From Spirochaetia bacterium (GTDB lineage Bacteria; Spirochaetota; Spirochaetia; SZUA-6; Bin103): 64,000 bases of DNA. The stretch spans positions 544,001 to 608,000 of the forward strand of contig CBDBOV010000004.1 in assembly GCA_965208575.1 (NCBI GenBank), written 5' to 3'. The notes beneath the pieces are model-generated. The model saw only the letters and a list, made by a program, of their open reading frames with translations, did not search any database and was not told the origin of the DNA. Position 1 is the stretch's first letter, and each line of letters opens with the position of its first letter. The translations under genes were made by a program, and so were the position numbers. Positions 8,810 to 17,765 of this stretch are shown piece after piece.

Positions 8810-10597
8810 ATGAAAATACTATTCACAAGGACCTTCGCGGTTGCGTTGGTCCTGATTCTGAGCGCGACCGGCCTCTGGGCCGCTGCCGCAGAAGAGGAGC
8901 CGGCAGCCGCTGCCGACAAGAAGTATGTGACCGACCCCAGCACCGGCAAGGTGGTGGTGGCACCACAGTATGGCGGGACAATCAGCATGGTGATGTCTAC
9001 GATCCCTCCGAATATTGACCCCTATATCGTGTACAACGCGGGATCGGTTATCTCGGGCGTTAATGAGAAGCTAGGCGTGACGGACTGGGCATTAGATAGG
9101 GACGTATTTGGCTATAAAACAATTTACACCCCTGAATTTGCCATAAGAGGGCATCTGGCTGAAAGCTGGGAGCAACCCGACCCACTAACTGGTATCGTCC
9201 ACATCCGCAAGGGCGTTTACTGGCATAATAAGGCACCGATGAACGGTCGGGAACTGACTGCCGATGATATCGTATATAGCTTTGAGCGTGTATTGGGACT
9301 GGGCGACTTCACCGAAGCTGGCCCTGGCGCAGCTGTTAACCCCGTAATCCGTAATGTTGAATCGGTAGAAGCCGCCGACAAGTATACGTTGGTAATTAAG
9401 CTGAAGGAGCTCAGCCTCGATACGCTGAAGCAAATCCTCATTGATGCTCGCGCTTATATATTGGCCCCCGAGGTAATCGAGCAATACGGCGACGTTACGG
9501 ATTGGAGGAATGTGGTCGGCACCGGGCCGTTTGAGCTGACTGACTGGGTCGAGGGCAGCTCCTATACCTATGTCAAGAATCCTGACTACTGGGGCTACGA
9601 CGAAAAATACCCGGAGAACCGCCTGCCCTATGTTGACGAGTTTAGGAAACTGATTTCGAAGGAAAAAGCGACAATTCTGGCGTTACTTCGCTCCGGTAAG
9701 GCTGATTACATCGGTAATGCGGGCGGCTCTCAACTAACTAGTGTCGACGCGGCAATGAGCCTCCAGCGGACCAACCCCGAGATCAACCTGTGGCCATATT
9801 CAACCGCGGCCAGAACGGCTTTTACTTTTAACGTACAGATACCACCCTGGAACGACATCAGGGTGCGCCACGCACTGCAGATGGCACTGGACCTTGAGAC
9901 AATTAACGCGACCTACTTCCAGGGTTGGGCAGATCCACGACCTGGGGGGCGTCAAGGGATAGGGCTTATCGGGTATCGCTTCCCGTATGAAGAGTGGCCC
10001 GAAGAGATCAAGCAATACTACAGGTATGACCCGGAAGGGGCCGAGAAGCTCCTTGACGAGGCTGGATACCCGCGCGGCGCCGACGGCATTCGATTCAAGA
10101 CCCTCTATGAGCACTACGAGGCCGCCGATTTAGACTATTACCAGATAGCGATGGAATACTTGCGTGCCATTGGCATTGATGTAGAGGTGAAGGTAATTGA
10201 CCGAGCTACTGCAATCGCTTATATACACGAACATAAGCAGCAAGGTATGATACACGCCGATAACAACTCCGACTATGCAAGTCCCTTCGCACTATGGGCC
10301 GCTCACTCGACCAATCTATGGGGCTTCGCCAACGTCCAGGACCCGGTTTTTGACGCCATGTATGACGCCGTCGTAGCCGCTACCACCGTTGAGGAGCAGA
10401 TGAGGCTGGCTATAGAGGCTGATAAGTACACCATAGAGAAGCACTGGTACATCGGGGGTCCGCGAGCTCCACATTTTAATGTGTCGCAGCCGTGGATCAT
10501 AGGTTATAACGGTGAAATTGACGGAAACATAGACGGGATTCAAAAATTCGCCCGCCTCTGGATTGACCATGAGCTGAAGGAAGCAATGGGTTATTAG
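8810..10597 (+). CDS. Family-5 ABC substrate-binding protein
   Basis: Signal peptide; LAESWE, VGTGPF, VRHALQMALD, AEKLLDEAGY. Confidence 0.93.
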   Translation: MKILFTRTFAVALVLILSATGLWAAAAEEEPAAAADKKYVTDPSTGKVVVAPQYGGTISMVMSTIPPNIDPYIVYNAGSVISGVNEKLGVTDWALDRDVFGYKTIYTPEFAIRGHLAESWEQPDPLTGIVHIRKGVYWHNKAPMNGRELTADDIVYSFERVLGLGDFTEAGPGAAVNPVIRNVESVEAADKYTLVIKLKELSLDTLKQILIDARAYILAPEVIEQYGDVTDWRNVVGTGPFELTDWVEGSSYTYVKNPDYWGYDEKYPENRLPYVDEFRKLISKEKATILALLRSGKADYIGNAGGSQLTSVDAAMSLQRTNPEINLWPYSTAARTAFTFNVQIPPWNDIRVRHALQMALDLETINATYFQGWADPRPGGRQGIGLIGYRFPYEEWPEEIKQYYRYDPEGAEKLLDEAGYPRGADGIRFKTLYEHYEAADLDYYQIAMEYLRAIGIDVEVKVIDRATAIAYIHEHKQQGMIHADNNSDYASPFALWAAHSTNLWGFANVQDPVFDAMYDAVVAATTVEEQMRLAIEADKYTIEKHWYIGGPRAPHFNVSQPWIIGYNGEIDGNIDGIQKFARLWIDHELKEAMGY

Positions 10598-10639
10598 GGG
10601 TTTCACCCCTTGTGGCTTGTGACCTTAGGGAAGGAAAAA

Positions 10640-10671
10640 GGGAGCTGGGGGGTTCAAACCTCCCAGTTCCC
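10640..10671 (+). terminator. Intercistronic stem-loop after the SBP gene
   Basis: gggagctgggggg-ttcaaa-cctcccagttccc; homologs at 17699-17730 and 63253-63285. Confidence 0.6.
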
Positions 10672-10799
10672 GATACTCCTCAAATAGTGGGCTCTTCAGG
10701 AAATCGTGTGGGTAACTCCCTGGCGGGCGCCGTCAGAATCGGATCGTGGGTGACGGGGTGGATGTCCCATTCGGGGGCCCAGTCGTAAATCTGTACCCT

Positions 10800-11135
10800 T
10801 AATGACGGGGGGAATCAAGGGGGACACCCCCTTGAACCCCCGTTTCAAAGGGGTTTCACCCCTCTGGACTCCCCAAAACGGTGAGAGGCCAGTTTTTTTG
10901 GCAGGGGTCATTCGCACCTTAGAGAGTGCCGCGCCCTTCAACTTCGTTCCCTTCAACTACGTTCAGGGTAAACAGGACAAGCCCTTCAGTGGAAGGCCGG
11001 AAAGACGTGGAAGGTGGATTCCGGCTTTCGCCGGAATGACGGGTGAAAGAGGGCAACGGGATTGCCACGGTCGTCCAAAGGCGACCTCGCAATGACAAAA
11101 GAGGGTTGGCAATGACGGAGGAAATCGCAATGACA
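10800..11135. repeat. Cluster of REP-like palindromes
   Basis: ggattccggctttcgccggaatgac; gattgccacg..ctcgcaatgac; cccttcaactacgttcagggtaaac; repeated gcaatgac. Confidence 0.65.
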
Positions 11136-11149
11136 AGGAGTAATGTCAC

Positions 11150-12118
11150 ATGAGAGCCTATATCGTCAGGCGGTTATTGCTGTTAATCCCCACCTTGTTT
11201 ATATTGACCATCCTGGTCTTTCTCTCGGTCCGCTTCATCCCGGGCGATGTAATAGACGCAATGGTGGCTGAGATGGCAATGACAGGGTTCGCAGGACCGG
11301 GGGCGATTGACCGTGAAGCTCTTGAGCGTGCGCTGGGATTAGACGTGCCGGTTCACGTGCAGTATGGACGCTGGTTGGGAGGTATCTTACTACACGGCAC
11401 CCTTGGCGACTCACTGCTTGGCCAATGGTCGGTGGAGGAGAGGATAATAGGTAGATTGCCGGTGACCATTGAGCTTGGTTTGTTGTCAATCGTAATAGGG
11501 CTCCTGATAGCGCTGCCAGTCGGCATCTACTCGGCGATTCGCCAGGATGCAATCGCCGACTACCTGGGGCGCTCCATCGCCATCATCGGCCTGGCAACGC
11601 CTAACTTCTGGCTGGCACTTATGGTCATGCTCTTCCCGGCAATCTGGTGGGGCTGGTCGCCACCGCTGGAGCTGGTTCCTTTCACGGAAGACCCGCTGGG
11701 GAATCTCGGGGTGTTCATCATTCCCAGCCTGATTCTGGGGACGGCCATGGCTGCAGCCACAATGCGAATGACGCGCACCACGATGCTGGAGGTGCTCAGG
11801 CAGGACTATATCAGGACGGCCTGGTCAAAGGGTCTCAAGGAGAGGGTGGTTATTATGAGACACGCTATCAAAAATGCCCTCATCCCAGTAGTTACCCTGG
11901 TAGGCCTGCAGTTGCCTCTCCTGGTAGGCGGCTCGGTTATCATGGAGAACATATTTAACCTGCCGGGGGTAGGTCGTCTCATGCTGCTTGCCCTCGATGA
12001 CAGAGACTATCCGGTGGTCTCCGGAATAAACCTGATTTTTGCCACCGCGGTTATCGGGGGCAATCTAATGATAGACCTGATTTATCCTTATTTGGACGCC
12101 AGGGTCCGCTATGGATAA
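11150..12118 (+). CDS. Peptide/nickel ABC permease (DppB type)
   Basis: MRAYIVRRLL..PGD, GRLPVTIEL, QDYIRTAWSKGL. Confidence 0.94.
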   Translation: MRAYIVRRLLLLIPTLFILTILVFLSVRFIPGDVIDAMVAEMAMTGFAGPGAIDREALERALGLDVPVHVQYGRWLGGILLHGTLGDSLLGQWSVEERIIGRLPVTIELGLLSIVIGLLIALPVGIYSAIRQDAIADYLGRSIAIIGLATPNFWLALMVMLFPAIWWGWSPPLELVPFTEDPLGNLGVFIIPSLILGTAMAAATMRMTRTTMLEVLRQDYIRTAWSKGLKERVVIMRHAIKNALIPVVTLVGLQLPLLVGGSVIMENIFNLPGVGRLMLLALDDRDYPVVSGINLIFATAVIGGNLMIDLIYPYLDARVRYG

Positions 12119-12131
12119 GGGGGGGGGGGGG
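12119..12131. repeat. G13 homopolymer between the DppB stop and the DppC RBS/start
   Basis: taa followed by 13 G; the paralogous spacer (16457-16474) has only 4. Confidence 0.8.
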
Positions 12132-12142
12132 AAATTGGGAAT

Positions 12143-13123
12143 ATGAGTGATGCTATACGGATACCATCAGCAGTAAGTGAGCCAAAGAGACGTGCCGGGC
12201 TGGCTGATTTCTTTGTCAGGCTGTGGACGGAGAAGCCACTAGGTACTATCAGCGGGATTATAGTGTTGATATTGATTTTGGTGGCTATCTTCGCCGATGT
12301 TCTGGCCCCCTATGGCTATACTGAAATGCACCTGGTAGACAGGCTGCAGGGCGCATCAGCCCGGTATCTCCTGGGTACCGACCAGATAGGGCGAGACTTC
12401 TTGAGCCGCCTTATCTTCGGGGCTCGTCTTTCCATACTTGTCGGTCTGGCGGCGACCGCTCTCAATGTTGTGGTGGCTGTCCTGATAGGCGGCATTTCAG
12501 GATTCCTTGGCGGCAAATTGGACCTGGCTGTGCAGAGATTTGTCGATGCCTGGATGGCTTTCCCGGGACTGCTGCTGTTGTTAACCATAATGTCCATAGT
12601 GGGGCAGGGTGTTTTACAGATAATACTGGTCCTGGGGATAACCGGAGGCGTCGTCGGCTCAAGAGTAATCAGAGGCGCCGTTATCGGCATTAAAGAGAAT
12701 GTATATTTTCAGGCGGCAGAGGCGATTGGCTGCGCAAAATGGAGAACGCTTATCCGACATGTCCTGCCCAATATTATGCCTATCGTAATCATCATATTCA
12801 GCATCAACATCGGGGGGGTGATTATGAGTGAGGCCTCTCTGAACTTCCTGGGATTCGGTCTGTCCCCGGACATTCCTAGCTGGGGTACTCTGCTCAGCTG
12901 GGAAGGACGTCTGTACATGGAGATGGCGCCATGGCTGGCTCTCTGGCCTGGTCTTTGCCTGACTATTGTAGTTTACAGTCTAAACATGTTCGGCGACGCC
13001 GTGCGCGACCTTCTTGACCCCAGGCTGAAGGGCGGTGTGGGGCATCCCGGTGCTTATGGCGCGAAGTCTGTTAAGAAAGCCAGGAAGAAGCTGGAGGCCA
13101 GGGCTAATAAGCAATTTTTCTGA
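12143..13123 (+). CDS. Peptide/nickel ABC permease (DppC type)
   Basis: LLGTDQIGRD, RHVLPN, GDAVRDLLDP. Confidence 0.94.
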   Translation: MSDAIRIPSAVSEPKRRAGLADFFVRLWTEKPLGTISGIIVLILILVAIFADVLAPYGYTEMHLVDRLQGASARYLLGTDQIGRDFLSRLIFGARLSILVGLAATALNVVVAVLIGGISGFLGGKLDLAVQRFVDAWMAFPGLLLLLTIMSIVGQGVLQIILVLGITGGVVGSRVIRGAVIGIKENVYFQAAEAIGCAKWRTLIRHVLPNIMPIVIIIFSINIGGVIMSEASLNFLGFGLSPDIPSWGTLLSWEGRLYMEMAPWLALWPGLCLTIVVYSLNMFGDAVRDLLDPRLKGGVGHPGAYGAKSVKKARKKLEARANKQFF

Positions 13124-13199
13124 TGACGGTGCCTATTGTGCTTACAAATTCGGAGTGACCTGATTCACCGGGATGACTGCTATCGAGGGTCGTTTACGC

Positions 13200-13360
13200 G
13201 GCGTGAAGGCCCGGGACCGGCTGACACGAAGATGCGACGCGATTTCCACAAAGATGATCTGTCAAAGCTGGCGCAGCCTGAAGACGTGGCCGACATGGTC
13301 ATACCTGTGGTTACGCAGTCGCCGAAAATCCATACAACAGTTTTATCTCTCTTTACGGCC
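13200..13360 (+). pseudogene. Short-chain dehydrogenase C-terminal remnant
   Basis: PGPADTKMRRDFH....LAQPEDVADMV; counterpart at ~15365-15430 minus (GVEATLIEPRPADTKM). Confidence 0.55.
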
Positions 13361-13399
13361 ACAAACCCGGAGCGAACCCGAGCACCCTCCAGCTCGCGT

Positions 13400-13835
13400 C
13401 GACTGACCTTTGCAAGACGGCATTGGTGCTGATGGCCAGCGCCGCCGCTGCCGCCTTCAGCGAGAGACATCCGTCGGTCTGCTCGGTGGGCTTGAGCTTG
13501 CTGATGTCCTGCTCGGTGACAACAATCCTCCAGGGTGCACCCGAGGTGGCCTGTGCACCGCGTAGCAAGCCGGCTTCCACCCAGCGAATGACGGTGCTGT
13601 TGGTCACGCCCAGCAGCTCTGCGGCCCGCTCGGCGGTATAGACATCTTGCCCGTGTAACGGCACCCGTGGGCCCGGCGCGATACCGTGTTTGAGGCGCAC
13701 GTTGGCCACGTGATAGGCCATAAAGGAGTGGCCCTTGGGTGTCAGCAGTTTCTTGCGCCGCAGGATCCTCGCGATCTGGGCGTCAGTGAACTCACCTGCC
13801 AGCTTCCTGATGACCCTTGACACCATAAAGGACAT
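13400..13835 (-). pseudogene. C-terminal fragment of a large serine-recombinase-type protein (tandem HTH region)
   Basis: DAQIARIL..LLTPKG..VANVR; AAELLGVTNSTVIRWVEAGLL..Q....APWRI. Confidence 0.6.
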
Positions 13836-13901
13836 TCGGTATCACTGACATCGGAATTTGCCGATATAGACCTTTTTAATCTGATCAACCGAGGTGTCGA
13901 T

Positions 13902-15203
13902 ATGCTTGATAATAACACCGCAACAGAGATCCTGGAAGCTGTAGATAAGAACTTTGATGAACAGATCGATTTTACCGCCGAGCTGGTAAAATTCCCGTCT
14001 GTCAGGGGGCAGGAGCACACCGCCCAGGATTTCATGGCGCGGGAAATGGCCGCCAGAGGCCTGGCCGTGGACCGGTGGAAAATCAAGGTCGGTGATATTG
14101 AAAACATGACGGGGTATTCACCGGTCAATGTCTCCTACGAGAAGGCCTACAATGTGGTGGGGACGCATCGCTCCTCGACATCCAGGGGACGGTCGCTGAT
14201 CCTCAACGGCCACATCGATGTGGTTCCCACCGGCCCTGTTTCCGGGTGGAAATATCCCCCCTTTGAACCTGTCATTGACGACGGGTGGATGTACGGTCGC
14301 GGCGCGGGTGATATGAAAGCCGGACTGGTCTCCTGCCTGTTTGCTCTCGAGGCGTTAAAACGAGCCGGGCTGGCGCCCGGAGCAGACGTATTCCTTCAAT
14401 CCGTTATCGAGGAGGAGCCTACCGGAAACGGGACCCTGGCCTGCCTGCAGCGCGGCTATCGGGCAGACGCCTTTCTGGACACCGAACCGATGGGTGAAAC
14501 CCTGCTGCGGGCTCACATGGGCATCATGTGGTTTCAGGTCCAGATAAGCGGCGATCCACAACACGCATCCATTGCCCAGACCGGCGGCGCGAATGCCATT
14601 GAGAATGCTTTTTACCTGGTTGGCGAGCTTAAGAAACTGGAAAAATCCTGGAACGAATCCAAGAGTAATTATCCGGAATTCGCAGATCATCCTCATCCCG
14701 TTCACTTCAATCTCGGGAAAATCGAGGGCGGAGATTGGGTTTCCAGCGTGCCGGCCTGGTGCAATTTCGACATGCGTATCGGATTTTATCCCGGCTGGGA
14801 CCTGGGCCAGATCCGTTCCGACATCGAATCCTGCGTGCAGGAGGCTGCTCAAAAGCATCCGTTTCTCAAGGACCATCCGCCCCGGGTCGTGTTCCACGGA
14901 CACCAGACCGAGGGGTATGTCCTGAAAAACGCCCGGGAAGCCGAGACCGTGCTGGGCAGAAGCCACAAGCGGGTATTCGAAAAGGACCTGGTTGAAATCT
15001 GCATCCCCGGGGCTACGGATGCGCGGATATATGCTTTATACGCGGACACGCCCTCGCTGGTTTACGGCCCGAGAAGCCGCTCCATCCACGGCTTCGATGA
15101 AGCGGTGGAGATCGAATCCATCAGAAAAACCACCGGGGCCATTGCGCTCTTCATCGCCGACTGGTGCGGTGTGGAGGAAAAAAATATGGTGACAGGCACC
15201 TGA
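13902..15203 (+). CDS. M20 family ArgE/DapE-type deacylase/peptidase
   Basis: LNGHIDVVP, GRGAGDMKAG, EEE, HGFDE. Confidence 0.92.
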   Translation: MLDNNTATEILEAVDKNFDEQIDFTAELVKFPSVRGQEHTAQDFMAREMAARGLAVDRWKIKVGDIENMTGYSPVNVSYEKAYNVVGTHRSSTSRGRSLILNGHIDVVPTGPVSGWKYPPFEPVIDDGWMYGRGAGDMKAGLVSCLFALEALKRAGLAPGADVFLQSVIEEEPTGNGTLACLQRGYRADAFLDTEPMGETLLRAHMGIMWFQVQISGDPQHASIAQTGGANAIENAFYLVGELKKLEKSWNESKSNYPEFADHPHPVHFNLGKIEGGDWVSSVPAWCNFDMRIGFYPGWDLGQIRSDIESCVQEAAQKHPFLKDHPPRVVFHGHQTEGYVLKNAREAETVLGRSHKRVFEKDLVEICIPGATDARIYALYADTPSLVYGPRSRSIHGFDEAVEIESIRKTTGAIALFIADWCGVEEKNMVTGT

Positions 15204-15256
15204 TTTTTCGCTTGAAGCGAAAAAAGCCGCTGCAATCGGCAGGGTTGCGGCGGCCT
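15204..15256. terminator. Tandem hairpins between convergent units
   Basis: tttttcgct-tga-agcgaaaaa then gccgctgcaatc..ggttgcggcggc. Confidence 0.55.
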
Positions 15257-15496
15257 GGTTTGCCACCCATAACGTTGACGGGCCGTGTTAACACTATAAG
15301 GCCCAGATACGCATTCATCTTTCTTTAACGTAGAATGAGCGGCGTCACGGCGATTTATGTTTTTCTTAAGCATCTTTGTGTCAGCCGGTCTCGGTTCGAT
15401 AAGGGTCGCTTCCACGCCATATGAACTACCCTCCTCGTTTGTCACCCGGTCACTCCGAATTTGTAAGCACAATAGGCACCGTCATTAGAAAACTTA

Positions 15497-16456
15497 TTAG
15501 CCCTTGGCCTCCAGTTTCTTCCTGGCTTTCTCAACCGACTTTGCGCCATAGGCACCCATTCGCCCCACACCACCCCTCAGCCTCGGGTCTAGCAAGTCCC
15601 TCAGCGCGTCGCCGAACATGTTTAGACTGTAAATCACAATAGTCAGGCAAAGACCGGGCCAGAGAGCCAGCCGTGGCGCCGTCTCCATGAATTCGCGCCC
15701 TTCCCGGCTGAGCAGACCTCCCCATTCAGGAATCTTGTATGGCAGACCGTATCCGAGAAAGCTCAGAGAAGCAATACTCAGGATCGTGCCTCCTATGTTT
15801 ACGCTGAATATGATGATTACGACAGGCGCAATATTGGGCACGACATGTCGGATAAGTGTTCTCCATCTTGAGGAGCCAATCGCCTCCGCCGTCTGAAAAT
15901 ACACATTCTCTTTAATGCCAATAACGGCACCTCTAACTACTCTTGAGCCGCCGATGCCTCCGGCGATCCCCAGGACCAGTACTATCTGTAACACACCCCG
16001 TCCCACTATGGACATTAACGTTAACAACAGGAGCAGTCCTGGGAAACACATCCAGGCATCGACAAATCTCTGCACAAGTAGGTCGAATTTACCACCAAGG
16101 AATCCTGAGGTGCCACCTATCAGGGTACTGACCACAACATTGAGAGCAGTCGTGGCCAGACCGACAAGTAACGAACTACGAGCCGCGAAGATAAGGCGGC
16201 TCAAGAAGTCTCGCCCTATGTGGTCGGTACCCAGCAGATACTGGGCTGATGGGCCCTTCATTATGTCATACATGTGTGCTTCATCATATGGATAAGGAGT
16301 CAGAACATCGGCGAAGATAGCCACAAAAATCAATAGCAATATGATAATCCCGCAGGCAGTACCCAGCGGCTTCTCCTTGACCATCCTGATGAATAAATCA
16401 GCCAGATCGGCACGTCTCTTTGGCTCACTTACAGCCGACGGTATCTCGTCACTCAT
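15497..16456 (-). CDS. Peptide/nickel ABC permease (DppC type)
   Basis: Close paralog of 12143-13123, including the KARKKLEA tail. Confidence 0.94.
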   Translation of the reverse strand: MSDEIPSAVSEPKRRADLADLFIRMVKEKPLGTACGIIILLLIFVAIFADVLTPYPYDEAHMYDIMKGPSAQYLLGTDHIGRDFLSRLIFAARSSLLVGLATTALNVVVSTLIGGTSGFLGGKFDLLVQRFVDAWMCFPGLLLLLTLMSIVGRGVLQIVLVLGIAGGIGGSRVVRGAVIGIKENVYFQTAEAIGSSRWRTLIRHVVPNIAPVVIIIFSVNIGGTILSIASLSFLGYGLPYKIPEWGGLLSREGREFMETAPRLALWPGLCLTIVIYSLNMFGDALRDLLDPRLRGGVGRMGAYGAKSVEKARKKLEAKG

Positions 16457-16474
16457 GTTCTTGATTGTCCCCCT

Positions 16475-17485
16475 TTATCTATAACGGACCCTGGGGTCAA
16501 AAAAAGGATACATCAGGTCGATCACTAGATTGATCCCCATAACCGCGGTGCCGAAAAACAGGTTTATTCCGGAGACCACCGGGTAGTCTCGGTCATTGAG
16601 GGCGTTCACCATGAGACGACCTAGCCCCGGCAGGGCAAATATGTTCTCCATGATAACCGAGCCACCTACCAGGAGAGGCAACTGCATGCCAATGAGGGTA
16701 ACTACCGGGATGAATGCATTCTTGAGGACGTGTCTCATAACAACCACCCTCTCCTTCAGACCTTTGGACCATGCCGTCCTGATATAGTCCTGCCTGAGCA
16801 CCTCCAGCATCGCGGTACGCGTCAGCCGCATTGTGGCTGCAGAATAGGCCGTCCCCAGAATCAGGCTGGGAATGATGAACATCCCCAGATTCCCCAGCGG
16901 GTCTTCCGTGAAAGAAATCAGCTCCATCGGGGGCGCCCAGCCCCACCAGATTGCCGGGAAAATCATGACCATCAGGGCCAGCCAGAAGTTAGGCGTTGCC
17001 AGGCCGATGATGGCGATGGAGCGCCCGGCGTAGTCGGCGGCCGTATCCTGGCGAATCGCCGAGTAGATGCCGACGGGCAGCGCTATCACTAGCCCGATTA
17101 CGATTGCCATGGCGCCAAGCTGAACGGTTACCGGCAATCTACCTAATATCTCCTCCTCTATCGGCAAAGCGCTGCCCCACATTGATTCGCCAAGGGTGCC
17201 GTGCAGGAGACCTTTAAAGTGGGACTCACCGGTAACCCAGTCAGGGGTCGGCAACACTCCTATCCAGCGTCCATATTGCACGTGAACAGGCACATCTAGT
17301 CCCAGATAACGCTCAAGAGCTTCACGGTTTATATTGCCATAGCCAAAAACAGACGTTTCTAGCCTCATCACCATTAAGTCTATTGTATCGCCCGGGATGA
17401 AGCGGACGGTGAGAAAGACCAGGAGCGTCAAAATCCACAAGGTGGGGATTATCAGCAATAACCGCCTGATGATATAGGCTCTCAT
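16475..17485 (-). CDS. Peptide/nickel ABC permease (DppB type)
   Basis: Paralog of 11150-12118 with a 13-aa insertion (PTPDWVTGESHFK region). Confidence 0.94.
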   Translation of the reverse strand: MRAYIIRRLLLIIPTLWILTLLVFLTVRFIPGDTIDLMVMRLETSVFGYGNINREALERYLGLDVPVHVQYGRWIGVLPTPDWVTGESHFKGLLHGTLGESMWGSALPIEEEILGRLPVTVQLGAMAIVIGLVIALPVGIYSAIRQDTAADYAGRSIAIIGLATPNFWLALMVMIFPAIWWGWAPPMELISFTEDPLGNLGMFIIPSLILGTAYSAATMRLTRTAMLEVLRQDYIRTAWSKGLKERVVVMRHVLKNAFIPVVTLIGMQLPLLVGGSVIMENIFALPGLGRLMVNALNDRDYPVVSGINLFFGTAVMGINLVIDLMYPFFDPRVRYR

Positions 17486-17509
17486 GTGATACTCCTCATT
17501 TCACTTTCC

Positions 17510-17690
17510 CCCGTGATTACCACCCCTCTCTCGTCATTCCCATTTCCCCCGTCATTCCCGCGAATGCGGGAATCCACCTCCCCCGTCATTCCGCCGGAAG
17601 GCGGAATCCAGAGTAATTTCAAATGGTTGCGTTTTCTGGATTCCGGGTCTCCGCCCGGAATGACAGTAAGAAAGCGCCTCGCAATAACAT
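17510..17690. repeat. Cluster of REP-like palindromes
   Basis: gtcattcccgcgaatgcgggaatcca; gtcattccgccggaaggcggaatcca; tggattccgg..ccggaatgac. Confidence 0.7.
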
Positions 17691-17698
17691 CGTGTGTG

Positions 17699-17730
17699 GG
17701 GAGCCGGGAGGCTTGAGCCCCCCAGCTCCC
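17699..17730 (-). terminator. Intercistronic stem-loop after the SBP gene
   Basis: Homolog of 10640-10671. Confidence 0.6.
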
Positions 17731-17765
17731 TCTTTCCCTGAGCTAAGCCACAAGGGGTGAAACCC

